From an uncultured Oscillospiraceae bacterium (GTDB lineage: Bacteria; Bacillota; Clostridia; Oscillospirales; Acutalibacteraceae), in contig CAUFXR010000002.1 of the NCBI GenBank assembly GCA_959596515.1, positions 1,153 through 65,152 of the forward strand: a stretch of 64,000 bases of DNA. The letters run 5' to 3'. Shown piece after piece: positions 41,531 to 51,009 of this stretch. How positions within the stretch are numbered: the first letter of the stretch is position 1; every line of letters begins with the position of its first letter. The notes under the pieces were generated by a model. It searched no databases, was not told where the DNA came from, and worked only from the letters and a program-made list of their open reading frames with translations. A program made the position numbers and the translations under genes.

Positions 41531-41656
41531 CTTCTTTGTGACAACAAAATGACAACAGAAATTTGGAGAGTCCATATTTTATGGATATTTCAGATAACTA
41601 AAATAACTCGTGCTAAATCACCAATACAAAATTGTTTAAGTGGTGGTTTTCAGGAG

Positions 41657-41721
41657 CGAGTGGGAGTGATGACTCTCGGCTGAGATGTGCTTAAAAAGCC
41701 AGTATTTATGCGGGTTTGCGG
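41657..41721 (+). repeat. Internal att junction (right end of A, left end of B); second copy of 65-bp repeat
   Basis: Identical to 35513-35577; TTGCAACA boxes at 41748, 41759, 41786; TGACAACA pair at 41539 and 41550 upstream. Confidence 0.93.
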
Positions 41722-41969
41722 GTATAGCTTGAATCGTCGATTCGTTTTTGCAACACTTTTGCAACACATCACGCACAAAAAAGTTTTGCAACAGATGAAA
41801 TAGTTATAAGTGGCTTTGTGGTAAAGCTGAACAATGAGTAATAAAAGGACTCTGACGAAAAAGGTCAGAGTCCTTTTTTCGTCTGTCGTATAACACTTTT
41901 GGAAGCTTTTGCATACTTGTTAAGCAAATTGCGATCGTATATAGTATGCTTAGGCAGGAGGTGCGACAG

Positions 41970-42149
41970 ATGAAACAGAAAGACTATTATATTTATTTAG
42001 ATGAGCAGGAATACTCTCAGGTTATACAATCCCTTATTGCTCTCAAAAACGATCTCATAGCGCAAGGCAGATATACGGACGCAGTAGATGATGTCCTTAT
42101 CAAATTTACAAAAGCACGAAAGAAAAAGATTACCGTGCAATACATCTGA
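41970..42149 (+). CDS. 59-aa conserved element-end protein
   Basis: RBS AGGAGGTG, paralogue at 35802, terminator hairpin at ~42163-42203. Confidence 0.8.
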   Translation: MKQKDYYIYLDEQEYSQVIQSLIALKNDLIAQGRYTDAVDDVLIKFTKARKKKITVQYI

Positions 42150-42700
42150 ATAAAATCGCAGTTATGCCGCTTGTTTCTCTACGGAGAAGCAGGCGGCTTT
42201 TTTGCGTTTTAGGGCAATTTTCAAGGGCAAAAAATTTTTTTCAAATTTTTTTGAGATTTAGGGGGTGCATTTGACCTCTCCCAGTGGGAATAAGTGAAGG
42301 GGTTGTTTCCCGCAAGGGATTTTCCCCTTCACAGTTCCTTGAAAATTGAATAGACAGGCGCTAAGGACATTAGTTCTGATGAACAGCCCGAAGGTGGGTA
42401 CGCCGGGACTTTTCCTATTGATATACGGAGAACGAGCGAGAATCCCCGACCTGAAATTCAGCTTGCTACTGAAACGGCAATGACAGTCAGAATGATAATG
42501 ATACTTCTCTACGGAGCTGGCGGAGTACCCGGCAGAGGTGAGATTCCTATGATACGGTTTCGCAAACTGTAACCTTAGTGCTTCCCGTACAAAGCGAATC
42601 GCTTTCCGCAGGGGGCGTTGAGAACAAATACTGCGGTCTTTACATAGCCGCCTCTTATTGAGGCAGGCTGTGAAATCTATGAAAGGAGGTAAAGCCGGAG

Positions 42701-43744
42701 ATGTCAAACTGCAAGACGATTGCGGTATGCAATCAAAAAGGCGGTGTGGGCAAGACCACGACTACGGTTAATTTAGGCGTCGGACTTGCTATGCAAGGGA
42801 AAAAGGTGCTTCTGATTGACGCTGATCCGCAGGGCGATTTAACGACCTGCCTCGGCTGGAGGGATAGCGACAGCCTTTCCGTAACGCTGACAGAGAAGTT
42901 ACAGGCGATCATATCGAAGCAGGAGCAAAATCCCTTTGACGGTATTCTGCACCATAAAGAAAAAGTAGACCTTGTACCGTCCAATCTCAGTCTATCGTCA
43001 TTGGAAATGACGCTTGTAACGGCGATGAGCCGAGAGAGCGTCCTGAAGAATTATCTGAGCCTTGTAAAAGACAAGTACGATTATGTCCTTATTGACTGTA
43101 TGCCGAGCTTGGGTATGATTACCTTTAACGCTCTTACGGCGGCTGACAGCGTGATTATCCCCGTTCAGGCGCAGTATCTTCCCGCTAAGGGAATGACGCA
43201 GCTTTTGGGGACGATTGCGAAAGTAAGGAAACACACAAACGCCGATTTGAAAATCGACGGTATTCTTCTGACGCTTGTGGACGGAAGGACAAATCTTGCG
43301 AAAAGCACAGTGGAAGCACTCAGGGAGAATTTCGGCAGCCATATCAGGATATATAGATCAATGATTCCGGCAGCCGTAAAAGCCGCAGAGGTATCTTCTA
43401 AAGGCACAAGTAGTATGCCTGCTTTTCTTTGTGATGAACTCAGAGAATACATTGATATGCTCTACTTTCCTGCTCCCGATCAGAGAATTTTTACGATTAC
43501 TAAATCAAAACTTACAAATCGTTTTCACAAGTTATCTGAAGAAGCAGGATTGAGGCGTATTACCGTACACGGGTTGCGACATTCTCATTTATCCCTTCTT
43601 ATAAGCAAGAAATATGATATTTTTGAGGTGTCAAAACGGATAGGACACAAATCCATTAAAACGACGCAGGATATTTATGGACATCTGTTTGATGAAGTCC
43701 AAAAGACGATTGCAAATGACCTTGACAGTCTTAGGAGGAGGTAA
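42701..43744 (+). pseudogene. In-frame chimera: ParA/Soj ATPase (nearly complete) fused to C-terminal part of a tyrosine integrase
   Basis: NQKGGVGKTT, DADPQG, IDCMPSLG up to KAAEVSSKGTS (~43411); then SMPAFLCDEL...HGLRHS...RIGHKSIKTTQDIYGH (HxxR, H, Y; first catalytic Arg absent). Confidence 0.85.
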
Positions 43745-43748
43745 AAAT

Positions 43749-44078
43749 ATGTCAGCTAAAAACTGTGATACCCATAATAGGTTTCGAGATAAAACAATAG
43801 CCTTTCGTGTTTCTTCAGAAGAGGACAAACAGATCAACACTGTTGTAGAGCTTTCAGGAATGACAAAGCAGGATTACATTACATCCAAGTTGCTTGACCG
43901 AACTATTTATGTGAAAGGCAACTGCAAAGTCCATAGAGCTGTTTATGATAAGCTCAATGAAGTATTGGCTGAATTGCAGCGAATTGAAAACGGAGGAACG
44001 GTAGATGATGAGCTGATGGCGAATGTAAAATTGATTGCAGAAATCATTGATAACCTATATATCAAGAGCGCTATCTAA
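43749..44078 (+). CDS. RHH-type (MobC/NikA-like) mobilization protein
   Basis: KTIAFRVSSEE...LSGMTKQDYI strand-helix-helix pattern; RBS AGGAGG; terminator ~44084-44112. Confidence 0.7.
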   Translation: MSAKNCDTHNRFRDKTIAFRVSSEEDKQINTVVELSGMTKQDYITSKLLDRTIYVKGNCKVHRAVYDKLNEVLAELQRIENGGTVDDELMANVKLIAEIIDNLYIKSAI

Positions 44079-44302
44079 CAATGAAGTCCGGTTGACGAAA
44101 CCGGGCTTTTTGTTTATAATGAATTAACGATTTCTACATACCCAACCTCAAAACCGTGTGGTATCATTTCTTTGCAGTAATTGCAACACTTTTTGCAACA
44201 CGAGGGACGATAAATAAAATACGACATAGAAAAATGCCCTCAAAAACGCCTGAAATGATAGGAAAACGCACTGAAAATAGGGTGTGGGAGAATATTGTAA
44301 AA

Positions 44303-44314
44303 GAGTGGGAGTAA
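44303..44314 (+). repeat. attR core (displaced original guaA 3' end, GAG TGG GAG TAA)
   Basis: Third GAGTGGGAGT copy, preceded by TTGCAACA pair at 44181 and 44193. Confidence 0.85.
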
Positions 44315-44440
44315 AGGTCAAAGTTCCACAGAGTATCTATTCTATTTTTAAAGCAACTAACTTTATAAAAACAAAAAATATTGGTTATGTTAAATCAACC
44401 AGCTTTTAACCTTCTAATAGGTAATACAATACACAATATT

Positions 44441-44497
44441 TTTTATAAAACAAAAGGCTATCTGATTTGAAATCAGATAGCCTTTTGTTTTATAAAA
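44441..44497. repeat. 57-bp palindrome (28-bp perfect arms, 1-nt spacer), probable bidirectional terminator
   Basis: TTTTATAAAACAAAAGGCTATCTGATTT-G-AAATCAGATAGCCTTTTGTTTTATAAAA. Confidence 0.9.
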
Positions 44498-44580
44498 TTA
44501 ATGTACTTTAACTTCACTTTTAAACTATTATGGCCATTTATTCTAAGCGATTTATCCAATCTATCTCAAAACGCAAGGAC

Positions 44581-45456
44581 TCAGATTAAATAGAAACGTT
44601 GTGTCATAGTATGACTTTCATTTGGAACTAAGTGAATGATATCCTTTTTTGTTTTTAAATCTCCATTATGACCTGTTTTTTGGAAAAAACCTTGCCAAGG
44701 CTCAATACAAACAAAAGGAACTTTTCCCTTTGGGGCCCAGAGAATCAAATTTTTTGCGTCTGGGAATTCTATTTTGGTTCCATAGGGAGATTTACGATTA
44801 CGAATTGTAACCGCCCTAGATTTTAATTCGTTTAAATCCAGCACGATAGCACCGCCCTCAAATAGACCGACCAAAGATTTTTCTTTAGAACCGCGCAAGA
44901 AAGGCTTCTTCTCACCATCAATCATTTCGTCTTTTAAAACATAATAGTCCACAGTTTCCTCATGCTCGAATTCTAAATATCCGTCATCAACATCGCAATT
45001 GGAATCAATCGGAGAACTATAGCTCTCATGTGAGCCGACAGAATAATACATGTCATGATCTCCAATATTAGTAATTTGATAAGTGAGTTCCACATGATCT
45101 GTAAAAAGTTTATGGATTAAATCAAAACGGAAGTCAAAAGGATACATCACTCTGGTCTCGTCATTTGATTCAAACCGGTAAATAACATGGGTTTCGTCCG
45201 CTTCAACAAAAGACATATCATTCAACTTTAAAAAGCCATGCTGGGGCATGGGATAGGTTTTTCCTTCAAATAAATATTGATCATTAACAAACTTTCCGCA
45301 ATGGGGAAAGGTAATCGGAAGAATCGTGTCGGCATACCGAGTGTCCAATTGCCACATATGCTCTTGACCAGTCAGTTTATTAATCATGCTAGCGGTGGCT
45401 CCTTTTTCGGAACAAACAGTTAACTTGATACGGTCATTCTCTAATACGGTAATCAT
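44581..45456 (-). CDS. Aldose 1-epimerase family protein (LacX-like)
   Basis: MPQHGF, YPFDF, VGSH, FVCIEPWQG. Confidence 0.88.
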   Translation of the reverse strand: MITVLENDRIKLTVCSEKGATASMINKLTGQEHMWQLDTRYADTILPITFPHCGKFVNDQYLFEGKTYPMPQHGFLKLNDMSFVEADETHVIYRFESNDETRVMYPFDFRFDLIHKLFTDHVELTYQITNIGDHDMYYSVGSHESYSSPIDSNCDVDDGYLEFEHEETVDYYVLKDEMIDGEKKPFLRGSKEKSLVGLFEGGAIVLDLNELKSRAVTIRNRKSPYGTKIEFPDAKNLILWAPKGKVPFVCIEPWQGFFQKTGHNGDLKTKKDIIHLVPNESHTMTQRFYLI

Positions 45457-45722
45457 AGTATTTCCTCCTTAATATCAATAACGCTTGTTCTATTTTATCA
45501 CAAAATTTATAATACAAACAGAATCAATAACTCCCTAAAGTAATAGAAACTTTTTAGACAGATTGCACCGTATAACAAAATATGATTTCTTTGCCGATTC
45601 AATCTGACGGAATCATCGACTCATTTAAATAGAAAAAATCCGAAATAAGACTGTTCTTGCGAATAAGATACTTTTCCCTTATAATTGGAATGAATCTTTT
45701 AAGAAATATTGGAGGCGTTTTT

Positions 45723-46355
45723 GTGAGAAATCCAACCAAATCCGCATTAATCGTTATCGATATGGAGTACGGTTTTTTAAATAGCGAGTCGACACATTGT
45801 ATTCGTGGAGCCGCCGCAACCATTCCCACTTGCGAAAAAGCGGTAAGGCTCGCAAGAGAAAAAGAAATCCCCGTGTTTTTTGTCAAGCGAATTTACAGAA
45901 CCGATGGAAGTGATGTGGAGTCTACTCGTTACCAGTCCTGGCTGGCAGGCGGAAAAAGTATGAGTCCGGGATCAATTGGGGAACAGCAGCCGGAAGGCCT
46001 TAAGGCGCAGCCTGGGGATTATTCCATTGTCAAACCTCGCTGGAGCGCTTTCTTTCAAACGGAGTTAGATCTTTTGTTACGGCGTTTAGGAGTGCGAACT
46101 GTAATTTTAGCGGGAACCACGACGCCTAATTGTATACGCACTACCTGCTATGACGCGAATGCGTTAGACTATAACGTTGTGGTATTATCCGATTGCACCT
46201 CCTCGCAGACAGATGAAATTCAAAGAGTAAATTTAGAGGATATGGCACGGATAGGCACAATGATTATAGATACAAAAGATTTTGAAACTTATAGCGTAGA
46301 TTCTGTGACGGATTGGGCAGAACAGATCAGAAAAGATATTATGGAAAATTCATAA
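45723..46355 (+). CDS. Isochorismatase-family cysteine hydrolase
   Basis: ALIVIDM, KPRWSAFFQT, GTTTPNCIRTT; GTG start after GGAGG. Confidence 0.9.
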   Translation: MRNPTKSALIVIDMEYGFLNSESTHCIRGAAATIPTCEKAVRLAREKEIPVFFVKRIYRTDGSDVESTRYQSWLAGGKSMSPGSIGEQQPEGLKAQPGDYSIVKPRWSAFFQTELDLLLRRLGVRTVILAGTTTPNCIRTTCYDANALDYNVVVLSDCTSSQTDEIQRVNLEDMARIGTMIIDTKDFETYSVDSVTDWAEQIRKDIMENS

Positions 46356-46440
46356 TAATCTTACTGAGATTATAAAATGACGAATCATTGCTTGCCATGA
46401 TTTTTGGAAAAAATAAGGCAGTAAATATTCCAATAAAAGG

Positions 46441-47118
46441 CTATTCATCGATACGGACAAATGGTTTTGCGCATATCGTAAATTGGTTCTTTTTAAAATC
46501 AATGATCCCTTCGGCTTTTAATTTGCTCAACACCAATGACAGTGCACTGCGGTCGACTGCTAAATAATCCGCCATTTTTTGTCGATTTAAGGGAACCGTA
46601 AAGCTTGGACTGTTTTGACGTCTAGATTGCTCACTTAAATAAGAGAGCACCTTTTCTCTCAACGTACGTCTAGATAAATGTCCAATGCGGGAATTTAAAA
46701 AAATATTTTTATTTGCGAGGATTCCCATCATGTTTTTAATCACCGTTGCATGGAAAGGACAAACGTGTTCACAAGGAGATAAAAGCTTATTATAATTTAG
46801 CCATAAAACTGTGGAAGTTTCTGAAGACTGTACCGTTACCGGAAAAGGAACCTCAGAAATCGCAAAGGCTTCTCCAAAAAGTTGTCCTGGAGAAATCTGA
46901 GCGATAATGATAATATTCCCCTGAAAATCTTCTTGCAAAATTTCTAGCGCACCGGATAGTAATATACCGAATTGGGAAGCTTCGCTTCCACAAGAGATCA
47001 CGTTTTTTCCCTTTTCATACCGCTTCTCTTTCGCTAGCATACAGGACAGTAACTTTTCTATTTCATTTTCCGATATGTTAAAAAACAGTGGACAGGATTG
47101 GGATAAAATTATTTTCAT
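46441..47118 (-). CDS. Crp/Fnr family transcriptional regulator
   Basis: GQLFGE cNMP domain, HTH NRQKMADYLAVDRSALS. Confidence 0.92.
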   Translation of the reverse strand: MKIILSQSCPLFFNISENEIEKLLSCMLAKEKRYEKGKNVISCGSEASQFGILLSGALEILQEDFQGNIIIIAQISPGQLFGEAFAISEVPFPVTVQSSETSTVLWLNYNKLLSPCEHVCPFHATVIKNMMGILANKNIFLNSRIGHLSRRTLREKVLSYLSEQSRRQNSPSFTVPLNRQKMADYLAVDRSALSLVLSKLKAEGIIDFKKNQFTICAKPFVRIDE

Positions 47119-47132
47119 AAAAGCCTCTTTTT

Positions 47133-47146
47133 GTTGTAATTACAAC
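47133..47146. promoter_or_regulatory. Putative Crp/Fnr-type operator
   Basis: Perfect palindrome GTTGTAATTACAAC; second TGTAATTACA at 47174-47183. Confidence 0.6.
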
Positions 47147-47209
47147 CGAATTTTGTTTCTGATTTTACTATACTGTAATTACAAAGTCAAGAAGAAGGAG
47201 AAATGATTT

Positions 47210-47929
47210 GTGATTAGAAAAATAATTAAAATTGATGAGACGAAATGTAATGGATGTGGCCTTTGCGCACAAGCCTGTCATGAAGGAGCTATTGGTATGG
47301 TAGGAGGAAAGGCCAAACTGATGCGTGAGGATTATTGTGACGGCTTAGGTGACTGTTTGCCAGCTTGTCCCACCGGAGCAATCTCCTTTGAAGAAAGGGA
47401 GGCTCCAGCTTATGATCAGGCGGCGGTGAAAGCGGCTCAGGCCCAAAAAGAGCAGCGAAATGCCTCTGACGCTCCTCTGCCTTGTGGTTGTCCGGGAACG
47501 CAATCGAAAAGGATCCAACACTCAGTACCATCCGAAACCAGCCGGGAAAAATTTATTCAGGAAAGCCAACTTTCCCAATGGCCTGTACAAATCAAGCTGG
47601 TTCCCATTTCCGCACCTTATTTTGACGGCGCAAATCTTTTAGTGGCAGCCGACTGTACCGCTTATGCCTATGGTAGTTTTCATGAGAAGTTTATTAAAAA
47701 TAGAATCACATTAATCGGATGTCCGAAGCTGGATGACGTGGATTATACGGAAAAACTAACTGCTATTTTGGAAAACAACAATATTAAAAGTTTAACCATC
47801 ATTCGTATGGAAGTTCCTTGCTGCGGTGGAATTGAGCAGGCAGCGAAAACCGCGCTACAAAAAAGCGGAAAATTTATTCCGTGGCAGGTTTACACAATCT
47901 CCACAGATGGAAAAATTTTAGACCAATGA
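47210..47929 (+). CDS. 2x[4Fe-4S] ferredoxin-domain protein
   Basis: CNGCGLCAQAC, CDGLGDCLPACP, CGCPG, QWPVQIKL, GCPKLD, MEVPCC. Confidence 0.88.
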   Translation: MIRKIIKIDETKCNGCGLCAQACHEGAIGMVGGKAKLMREDYCDGLGDCLPACPTGAISFEEREAPAYDQAAVKAAQAQKEQRNASDAPLPCGCPGTQSKRIQHSVPSETSREKFIQESQLSQWPVQIKLVPISAPYFDGANLLVAADCTAYAYGSFHEKFIKNRITLIGCPKLDDVDYTEKLTAILENNNIKSLTIIRMEVPCCGGIEQAAKTALQKSGKFIPWQVYTISTDGKILDQ

Positions 47930-47991
47930 GCATATTGAGAAAGAGGCTGGACGCTATTCCTATCCAGCCTCTTTACTTATTTCTTAGCTTT

Positions 47992-49176
47992 TTATTCTTT
48001 TTTTGCATTGGTCCGTTGAATAAACCGGGAAGCAATGGCAACCATTGCCAGCCATAAGGGGACAACGAAAAAAGCCAGCCTAGTGCCAATAGAATCATTC
48101 AGTAATCCAATAAGAAGGGTGGAAAGCATAGCGGTTAAGCTGCTGGACATCATGATTAATCCGGTAGCTTGGGAAGTCTCTTTCCCAAAAGAACTCGGAA
48201 TAGTAGTAAGAAGCGTGGGATAAATAGAGGAAAATGCTAAACCTGACAAAACAATGAGGAACAGTCCGGGCCTTCCCAAAGCGATACCAGCGGTCATCAA
48301 GAGAGCCGCCACAACGGCGTAGAATAAAATTGTACGGAAATATCCCAAATATCGAATAATAAAGCCACCAAATACAAGCCCCACGGTTTTTAATAAAAAA
48401 AAGAGGGAAGCGTATAAAGAACGATCATCCGCACCCATATGAAATGACTCACTCATATAGTTGACGAACCAGCAGCCGACGCTGGACTCAGCGGCAGAAT
48501 AAAATCCTGCTACTAGCATGTATAAATAAACCATTGGGTTTTTAAAGAGCGCTTTCTTCGCGCCGATATTCTTAACCACTTGTGGCTGATAAGGTATTTT
48601 AAGGAAAAAAGTCCAAATAAGCATAATTCCAAAAGGAATCAGTAAAAACAGAAAAAAGTTGCGCCAAGGCACTCCTTGATCCAGCAAGGTTCCGGCGACT
48701 TTTTGCATGGCTGAATTAGCCAGGCCATAAGAACCGTGGATACAGCTCATCAGAATGGCGGGAGAGGTCACAACCAGCGCCGGACCTAATAGATTAATGT
48801 TCAGATTAAACATGGACATACCGATATAGAGCAAAAATATACTGGATAATAGCGCAAGATAACTACTGCTAAACACTACTAAAACAATCGCACCGCTCAC
48901 TACAAAAAAACTGAGAATCAGAAGTTTTTTATACCCTAGCTTACCAACAATGAAGCTGCTAAGGTATTGAAAAATAGCTAAAGCCAGCATAGCCGCTATT
49001 GTAATAGCGCCAGCTTGGGTGTCTGAAAGTCGAAATTCTTCTTTGTAAATGGGGAGGAAAATGCCTTTCAGATTATCGCACATCGAAAAGACCGCATACA
49101 GAACCATAAGGAAGACCGCGATGAACAGTGTTTGCTGTTTTTCAGCGTGTGAGGAAAATGTGGAAGCGGGCTTCAT
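47992..49176 (-). CDS. MFS transporter
   Basis: About 12 hydrophobic segments, GKLGYKK loop motif; start taken at ATG 49176. Confidence 0.85.
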   Translation of the reverse strand: MKPASTFSSHAEKQQTLFIAVFLMVLYAVFSMCDNLKGIFLPIYKEEFRLSDTQAGAITIAAMLALAIFQYLSSFIVGKLGYKKLLILSFFVVSGAIVLVVFSSSYLALLSSIFLLYIGMSMFNLNINLLGPALVVTSPAILMSCIHGSYGLANSAMQKVAGTLLDQGVPWRNFFLFLLIPFGIMLIWTFFLKIPYQPQVVKNIGAKKALFKNPMVYLYMLVAGFYSAAESSVGCWFVNYMSESFHMGADDRSLYASLFFLLKTVGLVFGGFIIRYLGYFRTILFYAVVAALLMTAGIALGRPGLFLIVLSGLAFSSIYPTLLTTIPSSFGKETSQATGLIMMSSSLTAMLSTLLIGLLNDSIGTRLAFFVVPLWLAMVAIASRFIQRTNAKKE

Positions 49177-49448
49177 AAAAAATTCCCCCATTAAATTATG
49201 AAATTGTCGTTGTATTTCTGAGATAAATGTAGCAGGATTTATTTCTAGTGTCAATCTGGCACGAGCACAAAATATTTGGTGATAATTTTGGTGATAAATA
49301 CCCAGTATTTTAAAAAAATATATGTGAAAATTCAGAAATCTGTAAGGTGGTTTTCGGTTGCCTCTGCATGAAAACGGTGTTAAAATTAAAATAAAGACAG
49401 AGTATAAAAATTTTACATAAAATTGAGTTCAAATTTGAAAGGATTAAG

Positions 49449-50339
49449 GTGCCGAACATGTCTGTAGGTTTGGTGTTGGAAGGCGGCGGAACCAGAGGCG
49501 CATATACCTCCGGCGTGCTAGATGTGTTTTCTGAAAATGAAATTCAATTTCATAATATTTATGGCGTATCAGCTGGAGCTTGTAATGCTTTGAGTTACAT
49601 TTCTGGCCAGACTAAGCGTAATTTTGATATTTTCTATCATTATTTAGCAGATTCCAGATATTTGAGTGTAAAATCACTGCGGAAAACTGGTTCTGTTTTT
49701 GGATTTGATTTCATTTTTGGAGAGCTTTCCCACAAGCTTCTTCCTTTTGACTATCAAGCGTTTGAAAAGGCTGCGGTGAATTTTCGAGTGGGGGCTACAG
49801 ATGTAGAAACCGGCTGCGCTGTTTTCTTTGGAAAGAAGGATATTCACGATCCGTTCACAGCTGTCCGAGCCTCGTCTTCGCTGCCTATGTTATGCAATAT
49901 AGTGGACTTTAAAGGCTATCGTTTGTTAGACGGCGCGATTACAGACCCGATCCCTCTAGAACGTTCTGTTTGCGACGGTAACGAGTACAACGTAGTGGTA
50001 CTTACTCGGGATATCACATACCGGAAAAAAGAAAAATCTCCTTATCCTAAGCCTTTGGTTTACGCTAAATATCACGATTATCCCAACCTGATTGAGGCTC
50101 TGGAAAGCAGGGGAACGCTTTATAATCGTCAGGTAGAATACGTTCTGGAGCAAGAAAGGCGAAAAAAAGCGGTTGTGGTTCGTCCAAGCCATCCAATCGA
50201 GATTGGCGCATATGAGAAGAATCCTGATAAACTGATTGCTGTCTATATGATGGGAGTCCAGGATGCGGTACAGAAGCTCAGAGAAATTCGAAGCCTGCTA
50301 AAAGCACAGGAGACAAAAGAAAATACGTTATTCTCTTGA
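49449..50339 (+). CDS. Patatin-like phospholipase family protein
   Basis: EGGGTRG, GVSAG, LDGA. Confidence 0.9.
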   Translation: MPNMSVGLVLEGGGTRGAYTSGVLDVFSENEIQFHNIYGVSAGACNALSYISGQTKRNFDIFYHYLADSRYLSVKSLRKTGSVFGFDFIFGELSHKLLPFDYQAFEKAAVNFRVGATDVETGCAVFFGKKDIHDPFTAVRASSSLPMLCNIVDFKGYRLLDGAITDPIPLERSVCDGNEYNVVVLTRDITYRKKEKSPYPKPLVYAKYHDYPNLIEALESRGTLYNRQVEYVLEQERRKKAVVVRPSHPIEIGAYEKNPDKLIAVYMMGVQDAVQKLREIRSLLKAQETKENTLFS

Positions 50340-50943
50340 GGTTCAAAGGGACTATTAAAAATTCCTATCTTTATTGTAAAAGAATATTGTCGTTTGGGCT
50401 GTCGAGTAAATAATATGCAGGACTTATAAAAGTTATAAAAGCTGTCTCTTATCAGGGACAGCTTTTTTAGTGAAGTTTATCTGAAACGATTTTGATCTGA
50501 CCATGGCGGTGGGAGTTCTTTCCGAATATTTCAGAAGTAAATTTTGCGATTCAGGTTGACAGGCAAAACAAAAATTGGATGATGAATCAAAAATTGATGG
50601 TAATCGTCAGAAGATCGAATCGTTTTTTTACCACAAAAATAGAAGTTAATCGACAGGCAGTCCAATACTTCCATTTTTACGGTTCGATGCACTCGGAGGT
50701 TTTTCGTTAATTTGCCCTCTGACCATTTCTCCCTTAAAGTTTCTATCATTCTTCCGCACACGAAGGAACAGGGAATAGAAAATGTAGCCGCAGTGAGGAA
50801 AATAAGGCCCAGTAAGAGTTTATGATATTGTGGTACTGTGATACCTGGACGCCCCCAAAAAGCTTCCAGAAAAGCGTTTTGTATCTTGAATTTTCCAGGT
50901 CTACTTTATAAAAAGTAAACCGAACAAAGACACGTTTGTTTAG

Positions 50944-50972
50944 TTGCTCTGCGTAGCATTTTATGCTATAAT
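50944..50972 (+). promoter_or_regulatory. SigA promoter of ruvCAB
   Basis: TTGCTC-17 bp-TATAAT with TG extension. Confidence 0.7.
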
Positions 50973-51009
50973 AAATTGATTATCGTAAAAGCGGAAAGGA
51001 CGGGATGGT

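Larger units (their letters stand above)
35514..41667. mobile_element. Defective integrative (mobilizable) element A at guaA 3' end carrying an RM system
   Basis: Bounded by GAGTGGGAGT cores; contains relaxase remnant, TnpV, RM module; no integrase. Confidence 0.85.
41658..44312. mobile_element. Collapsed integrative element B (ICE/IME remnant)
   Basis: att cores at both ends, ParA-integrase chimera, RHH mobilization-type gene. Confidence 0.85.

Noticed and set aside
42258..42707. 149-aa minus-strand ORF upstream of parA
   Set aside because: No RBS or motif; the region is better explained as a structured + strand leader.
44284..44290. Fourth partial att core GTGGGAG
   Set aside because: Only 7 nt, and the full core lies at 44303.
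50915..50945. LexA box upstream of ruvCAB
   Set aside because: AACAAA-N6-TTTGTT dyad does not fit GAAC-N4-GTTC.
50340..51000. Long intergenic region with ORF 50531-50761
   Set aside because: No recognisable protein or RNA signal beyond a terminator; possibly a decayed gene but unsupported.
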